The translations under genes and the position numbers were made by a program. From a virus, in the IMG/VR virus record IMGVR_UViG_3300033146_002435, positions 4,818 through 68,817 of that record: DNA of 64,000 bases. The stretch is one strand, 5' to 3'. Shown in pieces: positions 1-9,526 of this stretch. Position 1 is the first letter of the stretch, and every line of letters begins with the position of its first letter. The notes beneath the pieces are model-generated. The model had not been told where the DNA came from. It made no database searches and saw only the letters and a program-made list of their open reading frames with translations.

Positions 1-1241
1 AATATTTTGTCAAGTTTGAGATACTTTTCCTCGTCTGCCTTTAATTGCCTAGTCAGGTGGGAAAGATGATCTTTTGTGAGTTCACTGCCACAGCGAGAGC
101 ACACCCCTGCGTCTGACTCGCACGATTGAATGACTCGGGCAAGATCCTCGATATTCGTGGATAACCGAATGTACTCCCGTCGCTCTTTCTTGAGTTTTTC
201 AATCAACCGCTTGTGTTCTTTTTCACTGTACTCCTCAAGAGGCTTTGACACCACGGAAATTTGCCCCTGAAGCGTGTGAAGTTTTTTGTTTAGGTTGTAA
301 ACGGACACACCCATATCCTCCATGTCCTGAAGGGCTGCGTCGTGCCCCCTCTTTGCCTCGGTGTACTCAGCCTCGACTTTATCAATCTCCTGATTCGGCA
401 AAGTGTCGAGAGTGGTGTTTACTCTGTCCATAGCCAATTTCAGTTCCTTAATACGCTTCTCCATACTCTCCATACTAACTTTTTGACTTTCTCTTTCATC
501 CCGCAATCTCTCCAGTTCATCCTCTAACTCGATGTAAACCTGAAGCTCCTTGTTAGTGACTTTAACCTTGTTTCTTAAAACATCAAGATTCAGTTTTTTC
601 ACTTCAGCTTGTTTCCTCTGTATGTCTTTCTCAATCTTACTTATGTCATCTTCGAGAACGGATATAATGGCTTTTGCCTTTTGGTATGGGCCATCATCGT
701 ACTCGTTGACGACACTCCGTGGGCCTTTTGTTTTCTTCCGGTACACAGATTCAAGATTTTTGAAGTTCTCAGTCCCTATCACGGATTCCACGGTCTTCAC
801 ACGAATGTCAGACTTCCTACTCACGAGGTTCTGCATCTCACCCTGGGCGATGTAATTTGTGGCCCCCAAGGTAGCGGGGGTGACTTTAAACAATCGCTCT
901 ATCTCCTCCAAAGCTCCTACTTTAGTGTTGGCGACTTTCTCACCGTCAACCGTGACAGAGGCTTTTGCCGAGGATCTCTCTACGATTATTTCTTTCCCGT
1001 TACCGGAAAAAGTGGCCCTGCCCCACGGGGAAGTCCCCGCACCTAGCGTCTTGAAGTCTGCCTCATGGGAACCCACGGCTTTGGCTCCCCCGAGTATCCA
1101 CGGCATTGCCATACCCAAGATACTCTTTCCATGCCCGTTCCGACCGATAAAAGACGTGTACCCTTCTTTAAAAGTTATCGCATGTTTTCCCACGTAGGGC
1201 CCGAAGTTTTTAATCTCTATCTTTGTAAGCAGTAAACTCAT
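1..1241 (-). CDS. SbcC/Rad50-like SMC ATPase, recombination nuclease subunit (runs off left edge)
   Basis: Own translation from ATG at 1241 (overlaps upstream TGA): MSLLLTKIEIKNFGPY...Walker A GRNGHGKS, then coiled coil and an in-frame zinc-hook CSRC at ~90-101. Directly downstream of the SbcD-like gene. Not in the ORF track. Confidence 0.9.
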   Translation of the reverse strand, partial: MSLLLTKIEIKNFGPYVGKHAITFKEGYTSFIGRNGHGKSILGMAMPWILGGAKAVGSHEADFKTLGAGTSPWGRATFSGNGKEIIVERSSAKASVTVDGEKVANTKVGALEEIERLFKVTPATLGATNYIAQGEMQNLVSRKSDIRVKTVESVIGTENFKNLESVYRKKTKGPRSVVNEYDDGPYQKAKAIISVLEDDISKIEKDIQRKQAEVKKLNLDVLRNKVKVTNKELQVYIELEDELERLRDERESQKVSMESMEKRIKELKLAMDRVNTTLDTLPNQEIDKVEAEYTEAKRGHDAALQDMEDMGVSVYNLNKKLHTLQGQISVVSKPLEEYSEKEHKRLIEKLKKERREYIRLSTNIEDLARVIQSCESDAGVCSRCGSELTKDHLSHLTRQLKADEEKYLKLDKI

Positions 1242-2308
1242 AACATCCCCATTTCCACCATCAAGTCGGTGGCAACTTCTTTCAATTCGTTGGATAAATT
1301 TTGTTCCTCGAGGTAGTCTTTGAAGGACTGGCTTATACTCATCCCCGCACTCACCCCTGTGATTTCCGTGGTTTCCTTAAACAGGTTTGTTTTGTCCACG
1401 TACTCAACACCACGGGCCTTTAGATCGTCTATCAAGTTTCTCAGCTTAACCTCATCGTCGTGCGTCTTCACTTCAATATCGAGAACAACCCGGTCAATCC
1501 CTTCTGGAACATCACTCAATTCAGTTACCTTCACCTCTTTCATTCCACGATTTACAGGTATGAACTCAATTTCTCCATCTTCCCAGGTCATGAATCTCCG
1601 AGGGAATGTATCATTCACTTTCATCTGTGTAGGAGATCCCACATTGATAACCCGGATACCGTGAACTTTTTCTTCCCAAGGCTCGTGATCATGCCCTAAA
1701 ACAATCGTGACGTTTTTTCCGAGGGTCTTTTTAATACGGGAAACCCAGTTACGTTTGAACCAATTTTCATGCGTGGGTGTCGAGTTCATGTTAAACTCAA
1801 GCCTTCCCTCAAACAGGTGGTGTGCTATGAATAAATGATGTGCCCCAGTGTCCACGTTGGCCCATTTAAGCACCTTTTCAAATTGCTCCTCCGCAGCCTC
1901 CTGTCCATTTGGACAAAAGTTGAGGATGTGTACATTAGGAAGTTGTTTTGCTGTGGGTGTGAGCATAGCCCATGCAGTCGGGAAGTCTCCATATTTATGG
2001 GTGTATCTTGACTTTGGAATATCGTGGTTCCCCACGGGGCACTTTCCAATGACCAATCCGGAACGCAAAGCTCTCCGAATCAAATTCTTCATGACCCATT
2101 GCTCCGGTGTGGTTAAATTCGGGGAAGAGAGGGGGCCGTCTACGAAGTCTCCTGTATGAACGTAACAGTCAGCTCCGGCTTCCTTGGCCTTTGTCAGACC
2201 TTCAGCAAAGGTGTGAACCACACCTCTCCTGCGGGCACACATTTCTCCTGTGGTATGGTTGTATGAACCTAAATTTACGTGTGGATCTCCTGATATAAAT
2301 AATTTCAT
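1238..2308 (-). CDS. SbcD/Mre11-like metallophosphoesterase nuclease
   Basis: Motifs GDPH, HTGDFVD, VGNHD, AHH, GHDH, GSP; paired with the SbcC-like gene. Confidence 0.9.
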   Translation of the reverse strand: MKLFISGDPHVNLGSYNHTTGEMCARRRGVVHTFAEGLTKAKEAGADCYVHTGDFVDGPLSSPNLTTPEQWVMKNLIRRALRSGLVIGKCPVGNHDIPKSRYTHKYGDFPTAWAMLTPTAKQLPNVHILNFCPNGQEAAEEQFEKVLKWANVDTGAHHLFIAHHLFEGRLEFNMNSTPTHENWFKRNWVSRIKKTLGKNVTIVLGHDHEPWEEKVHGIRVINVGSPTQMKVNDTFPRRFMTWEDGEIEFIPVNRGMKEVKVTELSDVPEGIDRVVLDIEVKTHDDEVKLRNLIDDLKARGVEYVDKTNLFKETTEITGVSAGMSISQSFKDYLEEQNLSNELKEVATDLMVEMGML

Positions 2309-2844
2309 GGTTTTAACTTCCTATATTTTGATTTGTCTCCGAAATCAAAGACAGTGTTTTTTATCTCGGACGCATGATTTGAATGTGCCTCCATCAGATT
2401 AAGTCGAAGCCTATCGGGATACCTTTTTATTTCAGTGTAAGTCTCATCGAAATGACATTCATAAGCAGGCTGTAATGATTTAGTCAAAGATCCTTTTTTC
2501 TTTGCGAAAAATAAAAGAACTTGTGACCACTCATAGATGTGCATGTGCATCCCGCCATCCGTGAATATCACATACGATCCGAAGACCCCCTTTCGGCAGG
2601 CTGATAGGTTCCTCCGCAGTTGATCCTTCGTAAGCATGGATCTCGTGAAAGACTTTTTTATAGTAGATTTCACCTCAACATACATCATAAATCCATCTTT
2701 TCCCGTGACCGCATCCGCAGTGTTCCCCGACAACATTCTTCCGGCATCATGAGAATCCTTCAGCCTTTCGTAGTGGAACCCCCACTTTGTAAAAAAGTTA
2801 TCCGTGAACTTCTCAGCTTCTTTTCCTTTAGTGTATTTCGACAT
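2305..2844 (-). CDS. PD-(D/E)XK nuclease, probable Holliday junction resolvase (RecU/Hjc-like)
   Basis: KGKEAE...ADAV...YVEVKST pattern. Start moved to ATG 2844 (GAGGAG RBS); track ORF extends to 2895. Confidence 0.7.
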   Translation of the reverse strand: MSKYTKGKEAEKFTDNFFTKWGFHYERLKDSHDAGRMLSGNTADAVTGKDGFMMYVEVKSTIKKSFTRSMLTKDQLRRNLSACRKGVFGSYVIFTDGGMHMHIYEWSQVLLFFAKKKGSLTKSLQPAYECHFDETYTEIKRYPDRLRLNLMEAHSNHASEIKNTVFDFGDKSKYRKLKP

Positions 2845-5575
2845 GAAGCCACTCCTCATCCCCTGTGGGATAAAATGTATTATTTGCTTCTGCATCTTCC
2901 TTCGTGTAGGGAACCATTGTCACCTTTTCGCACCACTTTGGCACATCGTCCCAGGCAATACTCGAATCATCCGTCTCCGTCAAACCTGTCAGGTTTCCGA
3001 AGTTAAGTCCGGCATCGAGACTAGTCCGGATAGGCACAGGGAAGTTGTAATTCGAATAAGCATCCACGATACACTTAATGCTCTTGGCAAAATTCTTTTT
3101 AGGGATACTCAGCACGAGTTCATCATGAATCGTAAGCAGAGTTCGAACCCCGAGGCTTCGCAGATAGTCAGACCAATAGATTCGGGCCATCGTTATCTTC
3201 ATGATGTCCCCCGCAGTGCCCTGCACCCGGTGGTTGTTCGCCTGCCTTTCAGCACCCTTGACCTTCCAAAATTCGGTGTCATCGTACCCGGAAATGTACC
3301 TGGGCCTTCCGAAGTCCGTTAAACTGATCCGACTACGGTTTACAGTAACCCCGCCATATTGCTCATTGTAACTTTTCACCCCTGGGTATGCTTGGTAGAA
3401 TCCATCAATGAATCTTTTGCAATCGTCAATATTGAACTGCATCTTTTCAGCAAGCAATCCGGTGAGCAATGTTCCCGGCCCACCTCCATACTGGCTCAAA
3501 AAATTGACAGTCTTTGAAACTCTTCGATAGAATTTTGCGTTCTTCTCATATTCCTTGGTTCCCTTTTCAAACTGACTCAATTCTTTTGAAAATATGAATT
3601 GATTCGTCTTCGTGTGGATGTCGATGAATTTTCCGTCTTCGTCTCCGGTGTAGCACTGCATCATGTTTTTATCCCCGGAAATATAGGCCATCACACGAAG
3701 CTCAATCTGACTGAAATCAGGTGCGAGGAGAACACGATCTTTGGACTCAGCGATAATCAGATCCCGAACAGTGAGATTTTTTTCAACCTCTCTCTTTGCA
3801 AACTTGGACATCTGCTGAAGGTTTGGCTGTGCCATCGTGAACCGTCCGGTGTCTGCACCGGATTGGTTTAAAATCCCATGAACTTTTCCAGTATCCGGGT
3901 GAACCAACCGCTCATAAGGTCGTGCGTACAGACCATAAATCTGTGACACCTTTCGTAGATCCAAAAGGGCAGCGGCAGCATCTCCGAGAATTTCGTACCT
4001 TGGCAAAACTTTCTTGTCAAGGCTTGGCATTCCTTTATCGGTCAGCTTCCATACGGGAAAACAGAGAACACTGAAAAATAAAAATTTTTGCTGCCCTGTA
4101 TTCAATGCATCCATCCTACGGATGAAATCTTTCACTTCCCCCACAGATGAAAACTCATCAATAAATTTGGGAATCACAGGCTTCTCCGAGACTTCCTTAA
4201 ACTTTCGGATCTCTTGAAGTGCTTTTGCCTTGACATCCTGCCTGAACTCACTCCAATCAGTAATCTTTTCCTTAAAGAGGAAGGGGAACCTGGACTTAAA
4301 GGTCTTCCAAGCAGCATTTCTAAATCGGAGACGATATTCGGTTTCTTTTATGATACAGTTTTTCTGGAGCTCCTTAACCTTTCTGCCGTCTATCTTCATA
4401 CCTTTGTGTGACATATCGGCAACGAGCTGAATAATAGGGAATTCTACTTTCATGTAGTAGTCCCACAAGGTTGTCGTGTACTTGGATTGAGTAGTTCTAC
4501 CCTGAGCCCTTCCAATGAGATCTACGGCCAATCTGAGAGTCCACCAAGGGTCTTGCCCTGCGTAGGGCAAAACTTCGGCTAGAGAATTGTCTGACATGTC
4601 ACTGAAAGAGGAAACCACACTTTCTATAAGCCCCTTTAGCACCTTTTGAAATTCTTTTAAGCTCACTTCCGTAACATAAAATGAATCGTAGTAGGCCACA
4701 TCCATGCTTGATTCAAAAGTTATTTTCTTGTTGAACTTGATGTTCCGGATCAAAATTGATGTTCTCGAATCGAATTCAGGGTTCTCTCCTGCCTTTGACC
4801 CAATAGACTCGAAATAAATCTTAATCATCCGGGGCAAGTGCGTGTGTGCGATGGCTTCAAGATACTCAGGCTGTGAGAAAGAATAGATCCTCTCGACTAA
4901 TTTCTTGAGAGAGTTTGAAGGAAAATTAAATAACTTGGCCAGAAGCATGGAACACATGATTCCCCCGGAATACCTTGTGCTACCTTCCCAGAAAAAATCA
5001 AAACCATTGGACATAGATACTTTATATTCATAGTTCGCATTGTGTGCGACATACATCACACCCTTTGGACAGGCTGAAAAGATGTATTCCAAGAATTTCC
5101 TTTGCTCCCCCCGGATGGATTCCTTCAGCCTGTGTACTTCATTCCTGTCCCTTGGGAGGGGAACCACGGGCATCTGCCCCTCTTCCTGTCGATGGCCCAA
5201 GTTAATGTAAAAGGATCGCTTCGAGTTCGCACAGATCCCAACGCCTGTAACCATCGTGTTGAGAATGTCAAATGGCATTTGTTTCGTGTCCGAGGGGGGT
5301 GTGGGTTTCGATTTCACTTTCCCTTTCTGGTACATGTCAAGCTTTCGAAGGTACTCGTGCGTTTCAATCTCAAAATATTGGGCCCGATACACATTTCTAA
5401 CTTGTGTTGTTTCGTAGTCAATGGCAACCATCGGGTATCCTTCCGGTGTCTTGAATTGAGGATTCTCAAGATCCTTGGCAAGCCTGTCCCAATGACTCTG
5501 GGGGCTATCCGCATGGAGGCCGATGAGCGTCATGGAATTCGGTATCAATTTATTGTGTTTACTTTGCATCAACAT
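2828..5575 (-). CDS. polA: Family A DNA polymerase with 3'-5' exonuclease domain
   Basis: Exo motifs IDYET, AHNANYE, YAGQD; polymerase motifs TGRFTMAQPNLQQ, DFSQIELR, RRVSKTVNF..QYG, VQGTAGDIMK, IHDEL. Confidence 0.96.
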   Translation of the reverse strand: MLMQSKHNKLIPNSMTLIGLHADSPQSHWDRLAKDLENPQFKTPEGYPMVAIDYETTQVRNVYRAQYFEIETHEYLRKLDMYQKGKVKSKPTPPSDTKQMPFDILNTMVTGVGICANSKRSFYINLGHRQEEGQMPVVPLPRDRNEVHRLKESIRGEQRKFLEYIFSACPKGVMYVAHNANYEYKVSMSNGFDFFWEGSTRYSGGIMCSMLLAKLFNFPSNSLKKLVERIYSFSQPEYLEAIAHTHLPRMIKIYFESIGSKAGENPEFDSRTSILIRNIKFNKKITFESSMDVAYYDSFYVTEVSLKEFQKVLKGLIESVVSSFSDMSDNSLAEVLPYAGQDPWWTLRLAVDLIGRAQGRTTQSKYTTTLWDYYMKVEFPIIQLVADMSHKGMKIDGRKVKELQKNCIIKETEYRLRFRNAAWKTFKSRFPFLFKEKITDWSEFRQDVKAKALQEIRKFKEVSEKPVIPKFIDEFSSVGEVKDFIRRMDALNTGQQKFLFFSVLCFPVWKLTDKGMPSLDKKVLPRYEILGDAAAALLDLRKVSQIYGLYARPYERLVHPDTGKVHGILNQSGADTGRFTMAQPNLQQMSKFAKREVEKNLTVRDLIIAESKDRVLLAPDFSQIELRVMAYISGDKNMMQCYTGDEDGKFIDIHTKTNQFIFSKELSQFEKGTKEYEKNAKFYRRVSKTVNFLSQYGGGPGTLLTGLLAEKMQFNIDDCKRFIDGFYQAYPGVKSYNEQYGGVTVNRSRISLTDFGRPRYISGYDDTEFWKVKGAERQANNHRVQGTAGDIMKITMARIYWSDYLRSLGVRTLLTIHDELVLSIPKKNFAKSIKCIVDAYSNYNFPVPIRTSLDAGLNFGNLTGLTETDDSSIAWDDVPKWCEKVTMVPYTKEDAEANNTFYPTGDEEWLHVEIH

Positions 5576-6614
5576 AGAGGGCCCCCATTGATTTCAAACT
5601 TTTGAATGTATTCAACGTCTCAAGCATTTTGTAGGAACTCAGTGCATCAATCGCATTTTGAAACTTACGTTCTTCATTTCGTATTGCAGTCAATTCATCA
5701 TCACCATTCGATTTTGCAGATCTGTAAAAAGGCATTCTCTCGTCCGGGGTGACTGTTCTCCGAATGACCGCCAGATCCTTACACGTCTCGAATAACTTCT
5801 TATTCTTTAAATAAAGGTTGGCAGCACTCTTTCCTTTTTTCCCTGACTCAGCGTACTGTTCGAAAAAATCGTCGGTTTTCATAAGGACATACCCGGAACT
5901 GAGCCCTGAGTCCTTTATAAATTTTTGCATTTCGAGCCATTTGGCTTCCCCAAAACGAGGAATCCCTGGGTATTCATCCGACGAATCGCCCACCGTGGCC
6001 TTATAGAGCACTACGTCGGCTCTGTTCTTGCATCCCCAGGGTTCTTTTTTCTTTCCTATGAGGCTGATGTAATCCATGTTTGTTGGGGAATACGTGACCA
6101 TCTCTTTACCCTCAAAGCGTAACAAAGATGTGTGATCGCTGATAAGCTGAGACATGTCGATGTCTCCTGAAACTATTGTGGAGTAAATATCTCGCTTTTT
6201 AAATAGGTTAGTGAGATACCCAATAACATCGTCCGCTTCATAGTTCTTTTTTGCAAAAACCTGGCTACCCATTTGGTAAAACACATAAAGGACAAGGTTC
6301 TTCATAACAAACATATCGGTCAACGCATTGTTTTCGGCTTCCGTTCGTTCCTTGCTTCCTCTTTTCTTTTTGTAACCATCATAAATATCTTTCCGGAAGG
6401 ATTTTCCCCAGTCATCGCAAAAAAGAATGTCTTTTATTTCCAGATACTTATACGTTTTCTTTATTTTTTGATACACTCGCATGACGGTATTTATTGCGAG
6501 CTTCGCAGACCCTGTGTTCACAGGTCTGTCTGTCCAATTTGTTCGCACGGTCATTGGTGTAGATGCATGCATCGAGCGGAACATAAGATAGTTTATATCA
6601 ACAAGTAATTTCAT
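5559..6614 (-). CDS. 5'-3' exonuclease / flap endonuclease (PIN-like; T5 D15 / T4 RNase H type)
   Basis: LLVDINYL, FRKDIY..YK, YEADDVIG, SGDIDMSQL, GDSSDEYPGIPRFG. Confidence 0.92.
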   Translation of the reverse strand: MKLLVDINYLMFRSMHASTPMTVRTNWTDRPVNTGSAKLAINTVMRVYQKIKKTYKYLEIKDILFCDDWGKSFRKDIYDGYKKKRGSKERTEAENNALTDMFVMKNLVLYVFYQMGSQVFAKKNYEADDVIGYLTNLFKKRDIYSTIVSGDIDMSQLISDHTSLLRFEGKEMVTYSPTNMDYISLIGKKKEPWGCKNRADVVLYKATVGDSSDEYPGIPRFGEAKWLEMQKFIKDSGLSSGYVLMKTDDFFEQYAESGKKGKSAANLYLKNKKLFETCKDLAVIRRTVTPDERMPFYRSAKSNGDDELTAIRNEERKFQNAIDALSSYKMLETLNTFKSLKSMGALYVDAK

Positions 6615-6668
6615 TTTTAACCCCGATTATTTAGGGCAGGCTCTCGCCCGCCCACGTTTTAGCTTTCG

Positions 6669-6968
6669 CTACTTCTTTTTAAGAAAAGACCAAGTTTTTG
6701 GCTTCCACCACTTTGATGCGGTGAACATTGCGTCCATCGTGTCCTCAGTGTTGCTGTTTGCCCTTGAGACGGCTTCTCTAAGCCGTGACAGGGGAAAGTA
6801 AACCCGGTATTCCTTACCTTTCCCAAGCAATTCGCCCTGGTCATCCGTGAGAACGCCTGCATCATCGATAAGCAGGCCCACAAAAAAGTGGCTAGACCCA
6901 CGGCCCTTGGGTTTCTTCTGGTTCACAACCCGGTCGCTCGTGTACATGACGCTCCGTATTTTCTTCAT
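6669..6968 (-). CDS. hypothetical protein
   Basis: 99-aa ORF; ATGA overlap with the upstream gene. Confidence 0.7.
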   Translation of the reverse strand: MKKIRSVMYTSDRVVNQKKPKGRGSSHFFVGLLIDDAGVLTDDQGELLGKGKEYRVYFPLSRLREAVSRANSNTEDTMDAMFTASKWWKPKTWSFLKKK

Positions 6969-7141
6969 GACATTGTCTTTGTCTTGAAGGGTGTGATCCG
7001 ACTTTTGAGAGCATTCAGATGCTTTCGGGCTCGTGTCAGTGCTGCCTTGTTGGGGTGCTTTGCATTAGCCTCCAACTCTTTTTTACACGCTTCTACATGT
7101 ACCAAAATATCAGTTTCAAATGCGAGTAATAAATTTTCCAT
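6965..7141 (-). CDS. small histone H1-like (Hc1 family-like) nucleoid protein, 58 aa
   Basis: Own translation MENLLLAFETDILVHVEACKKELEANAKHPNKAALTRARKHLNALKSRITPFKTKTMS; GGAGG RBS; NKAAxxRARK signature. Confidence 0.7.
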   Translation of the reverse strand: MENLLLAFETDILVHVEACKKELEANAKHPNKAALTRARKHLNALKSRITPFKTKTMS

Positions 7142-7156
7142 TATAGCCTCCAGATT

Positions 7157-7336
7157 TTATAAGTTGTCTTTCATTATGTCGATAAAGTCCTGCATGGACT
7201 CATCGTCACAATCTTCTTCCCACAAGTCTACCATAAACTGCAAGTATCCCGAGGGTACTTCTGAGAGAAAACACCCTTTGTACTTACCAAATTTGAGTTT
7301 TACCTTTCCGGAAACGATTTCATAAAAGTTGTTCAT
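7157..7336 (-). CDS. small FGKYKG-motif protein (DUF3820 / ExoX C-terminal-like), 59 aa
   Basis: Own translation contains LKFGKYKGCFLSEVPSGYLQFM; below the ORF-track length cutoff. Confidence 0.65.
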   Translation of the reverse strand: MNNFYEIVSGKVKLKFGKYKGCFLSEVPSGYLQFMVDLWEEDCDDESMQDFIDIMKDNL

Positions 7337-7352
7337 GGCTTACTTCTTATGC

Positions 7353-7385
7353 GAAAAACCCCCGGTGCATCCCCAGGGGTTTCTC
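7353..7385 (-). terminator. probable intrinsic terminator
   Basis: Minus strand AAACCCC...GGGGTTT hairpin followed by T-run, just after the 7399 stop. Confidence 0.6.
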
Positions 7386-7398
7386 TAAAAGGTTGGAA

Positions 7399-8673
7399 TT
7401 ATCGGGTCTTACGAACTTCACCTGTGTCCTTAATAGACACCATCCGTCCGTCTTTCTTGGTGATTGCCTTGTCTCCACAGCAATCAACCCAGTAGGTTTC
7501 TACGTCGTCTTCCGAATAGGGTTTTGCATTGCGGTTATTCGTCATGGCTATGGCAAACTCCCGTGTCTGCATGGCCTCATAAATGCTGATCCCGAGACCT
7601 TCATTCTTAACGCCACCGCTCTTTGTCACACGATCTTTTTTGATAGCCGACCAGAAACGAGGGTGCATGTGATCCCCGAAGTTTTTGGTCGGCACAGGGG
7701 TAAGGACGATATGAAGAACACATTTCTGGAACCACTTATCGAATTCTGCTCTCTTCGCTCCTGTCAGAACTTCAAGCACATCCAAGCTCTTCGATCCGGC
7801 ATAGGCAGCAGCCATTGCTTTCTCAAAGATGGTGAATGATTTTGATGCCCAATCCGTGAACTTGAGTGTTCGCCCGGCATACTTGTCGGGAAGGTCAGGG
7901 ACGTGACAGTCAGAGGGAACAGGCTGAAATTTGGCAACATGAATGTAGAGGTAACGATTGGGAACCTTCCAGGATGAAGGATCTATCGCACTCTGTCGGA
8001 AGAAAGGATGAATGTCTACGACACCCTGTTTTTTCCAGTTAATGAAGCCACTATCGGAGATCCGCTTCAGGTTTGCCTTTCGGCCACGATATGTGACTTC
8101 ATGCTTGCCCGTGTAGAATCCCCCGGTAATCGTGTCAATCAGTTCGCATGCGAGAGACTCTTTGCGAGTACCACCTGTGCAATCACCGTATGCTTCGAGA
8201 TACTGGCCACAAGTGGTCTTGCATCCCATTTCCTGTAACGCACGATTTACAGCACTTTGCATGGGCTTGGTCAGGTAAACAACGGACTTCTTAAAGAATC
8301 CTCTATCCTCTCCGATGTCCACACCGTCCCCAACGAATACCTGCATGGCTTTGCAAGCCACGCCTTCATCGTTCTCAAGGGTCTGCATGCGGTACTTATT
8401 CGGTGATCCTTTAGGAGCCTCCACAGAGATCGCAAAAGCACCTGATGCCTTATTGATCGAGATGTTCTGTGCCTTTGTGAAACCACCAGAGCCAACGGAT
8501 TCATTACCTGTGGATGTACTTGCACTTCCCGCTTCCGCTGAGAAGGGGTCTGAACCCTCATCCATAGGTTCGTTGGATTGCTCAGATGAAGTTTTTCCGG
8601 GTATGTTGTCCCAACCCGCTGCTTCCTCTACATCTTCCATTCCATCAAAATCTTCTTCATAATCAATACTCAT
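7399..8673 (-). CDS. hypothetical replication-module protein with acidic N-terminus (possible ssDNA-binding/annealing protein)
   Basis: ATG 8673 with AAGGAG RBS, own promoter and terminator; function inferred from position only. Confidence 0.6.
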   Translation of the reverse strand: MSIDYEEDFDGMEDVEEAAGWDNIPGKTSSEQSNEPMDEGSDPFSAEAGSASTSTGNESVGSGGFTKAQNISINKASGAFAISVEAPKGSPNKYRMQTLENDEGVACKAMQVFVGDGVDIGEDRGFFKKSVVYLTKPMQSAVNRALQEMGCKTTCGQYLEAYGDCTGGTRKESLACELIDTITGGFYTGKHEVTYRGRKANLKRISDSGFINWKKQGVVDIHPFFRQSAIDPSSWKVPNRYLYIHVAKFQPVPSDCHVPDLPDKYAGRTLKFTDWASKSFTIFEKAMAAAYAGSKSLDVLEVLTGAKRAEFDKWFQKCVLHIVLTPVPTKNFGDHMHPRFWSAIKKDRVTKSGGVKNEGLGISIYEAMQTREFAIAMTNNRNAKPYSEDDVETYWVDCCGDKAITKKDGRMVSIKDTGEVRKTR

Positions 8674-8732
8674 AATAAACTCCTTAAACTTTATAAACTT
8701 TTTAGACTGTGCCATGTATTAGATGACACTTT

Positions 8733-8761
8733 ATAATACAGTGTCCAGTACACCGTGTCAA
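8733..8761 (-). promoter_or_regulatory. sigma70-type promoter overlapped by GACACT-N9-AGTGTC operator (8725-8745)
   Basis: TTGACA-17 nt-TATTAT on the minus strand. Confidence 0.75.
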
Positions 8762-8774
8762 CAACTATTTAAAA

Positions 8775-9224
8775 TCAAGCTCTGGTAGCCAGATATTCAC
8801 GAATTCGGATGTCCTGTTTGGACTCCATAGGTTTGTAGAAGGCTACGATGGCCTGTATAAACTCCATTCTTACCAAGTAATAAGGCTTACCGTCAGATCC
8901 GATGATCGGCCTTCCCTGATAATCTTGAAAGACAACTTCGTCGCCCACGTCAATGTTCACCACATCCGGGCCAATCGCTGCGACCATTCCCTGTGTTGCA
9001 GCCACTTCCTTTCCCTCGTCGGACACGTTTCGGATAATCCCTGAGTCCGTGGTATTGGAATACATTCTTCTCCGAATAATGACGTGATCCCCCAGAGGTA
9101 CACGCTCAAGACCATTTGCGAGTTCTTTAGCATCCCACTTTGTGCCTTCCATCATTCGTCCGTTGGTAGCGTCAACAATAACACTTTCATCCATTGAGTC
9201 TTCAAGTACATTATTATCAATCAT
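8775..9224 (-). CDS. groES: GroES/Cpn10-like co-chaperonin
   Basis: PLGDHVIIRR, TDSGII mobile loop, GMVAAIGPDV, VGDEVVF. Confidence 0.88.
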   Translation of the reverse strand: MIDNNVLEDSMDESVIVDATNGRMMEGTKWDAKELANGLERVPLGDHVIIRRRMYSNTTDSGIIRNVSDEGKEVAATQGMVAAIGPDVVNIDVGDEVVFQDYQGRPIIGSDGKPYYLVRMEFIQAIVAFYKPMESKQDIRIREYLATRA

Positions 9225-9526
9225 TTTTGCTCCTTTTTCTCTTTTTTAATACGCTTTAATTGGCGTTTAATTTTGTACTCAATTCTCGCATCAACTACGG
9301 AACCGAATACCGTTTTAAATTGATTTACCATAATCTGCACATCGGCAAGCTCATCTGCAAAATTTTCGTACCACATGTCCTGTTGGCACAGTTGAGGAAT
9401 TGCCGTATAGTTTTTGGCCTCCCTCCTGAGTTCCCCGAGTTCTTCAATCAACTTTCTGAGTTGATGTTTGAAACCGTAATGTTCCAGAATCTTCCTACAT
9501 TTCTTCATTATCTTTTTCTTTTTCAC
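9221..9526 (-). CDS. MazG-like nucleotide pyrophosphohydrolase
   Basis: YG..HQLRKLIEELGEL...ADELADV motif; GTG 9526 has AAGGAGG RBS (track ORF to 9553). Confidence 0.8.
   Translation of the reverse strand: MKKKKIMKKCRKILEHYGFKHQLRKLIEELGELRREAKNYTAIPQLCQQDMWYENFADELADVQIMVNQFKTVFGSVVDARIEYKIKRQLKRIKKEKKEQK

Noticed and set aside
8437-8448. AGCACCTGATGC match to the dispersed motif
   Set aside because: Lies inside a coding region; a single match may be chance.
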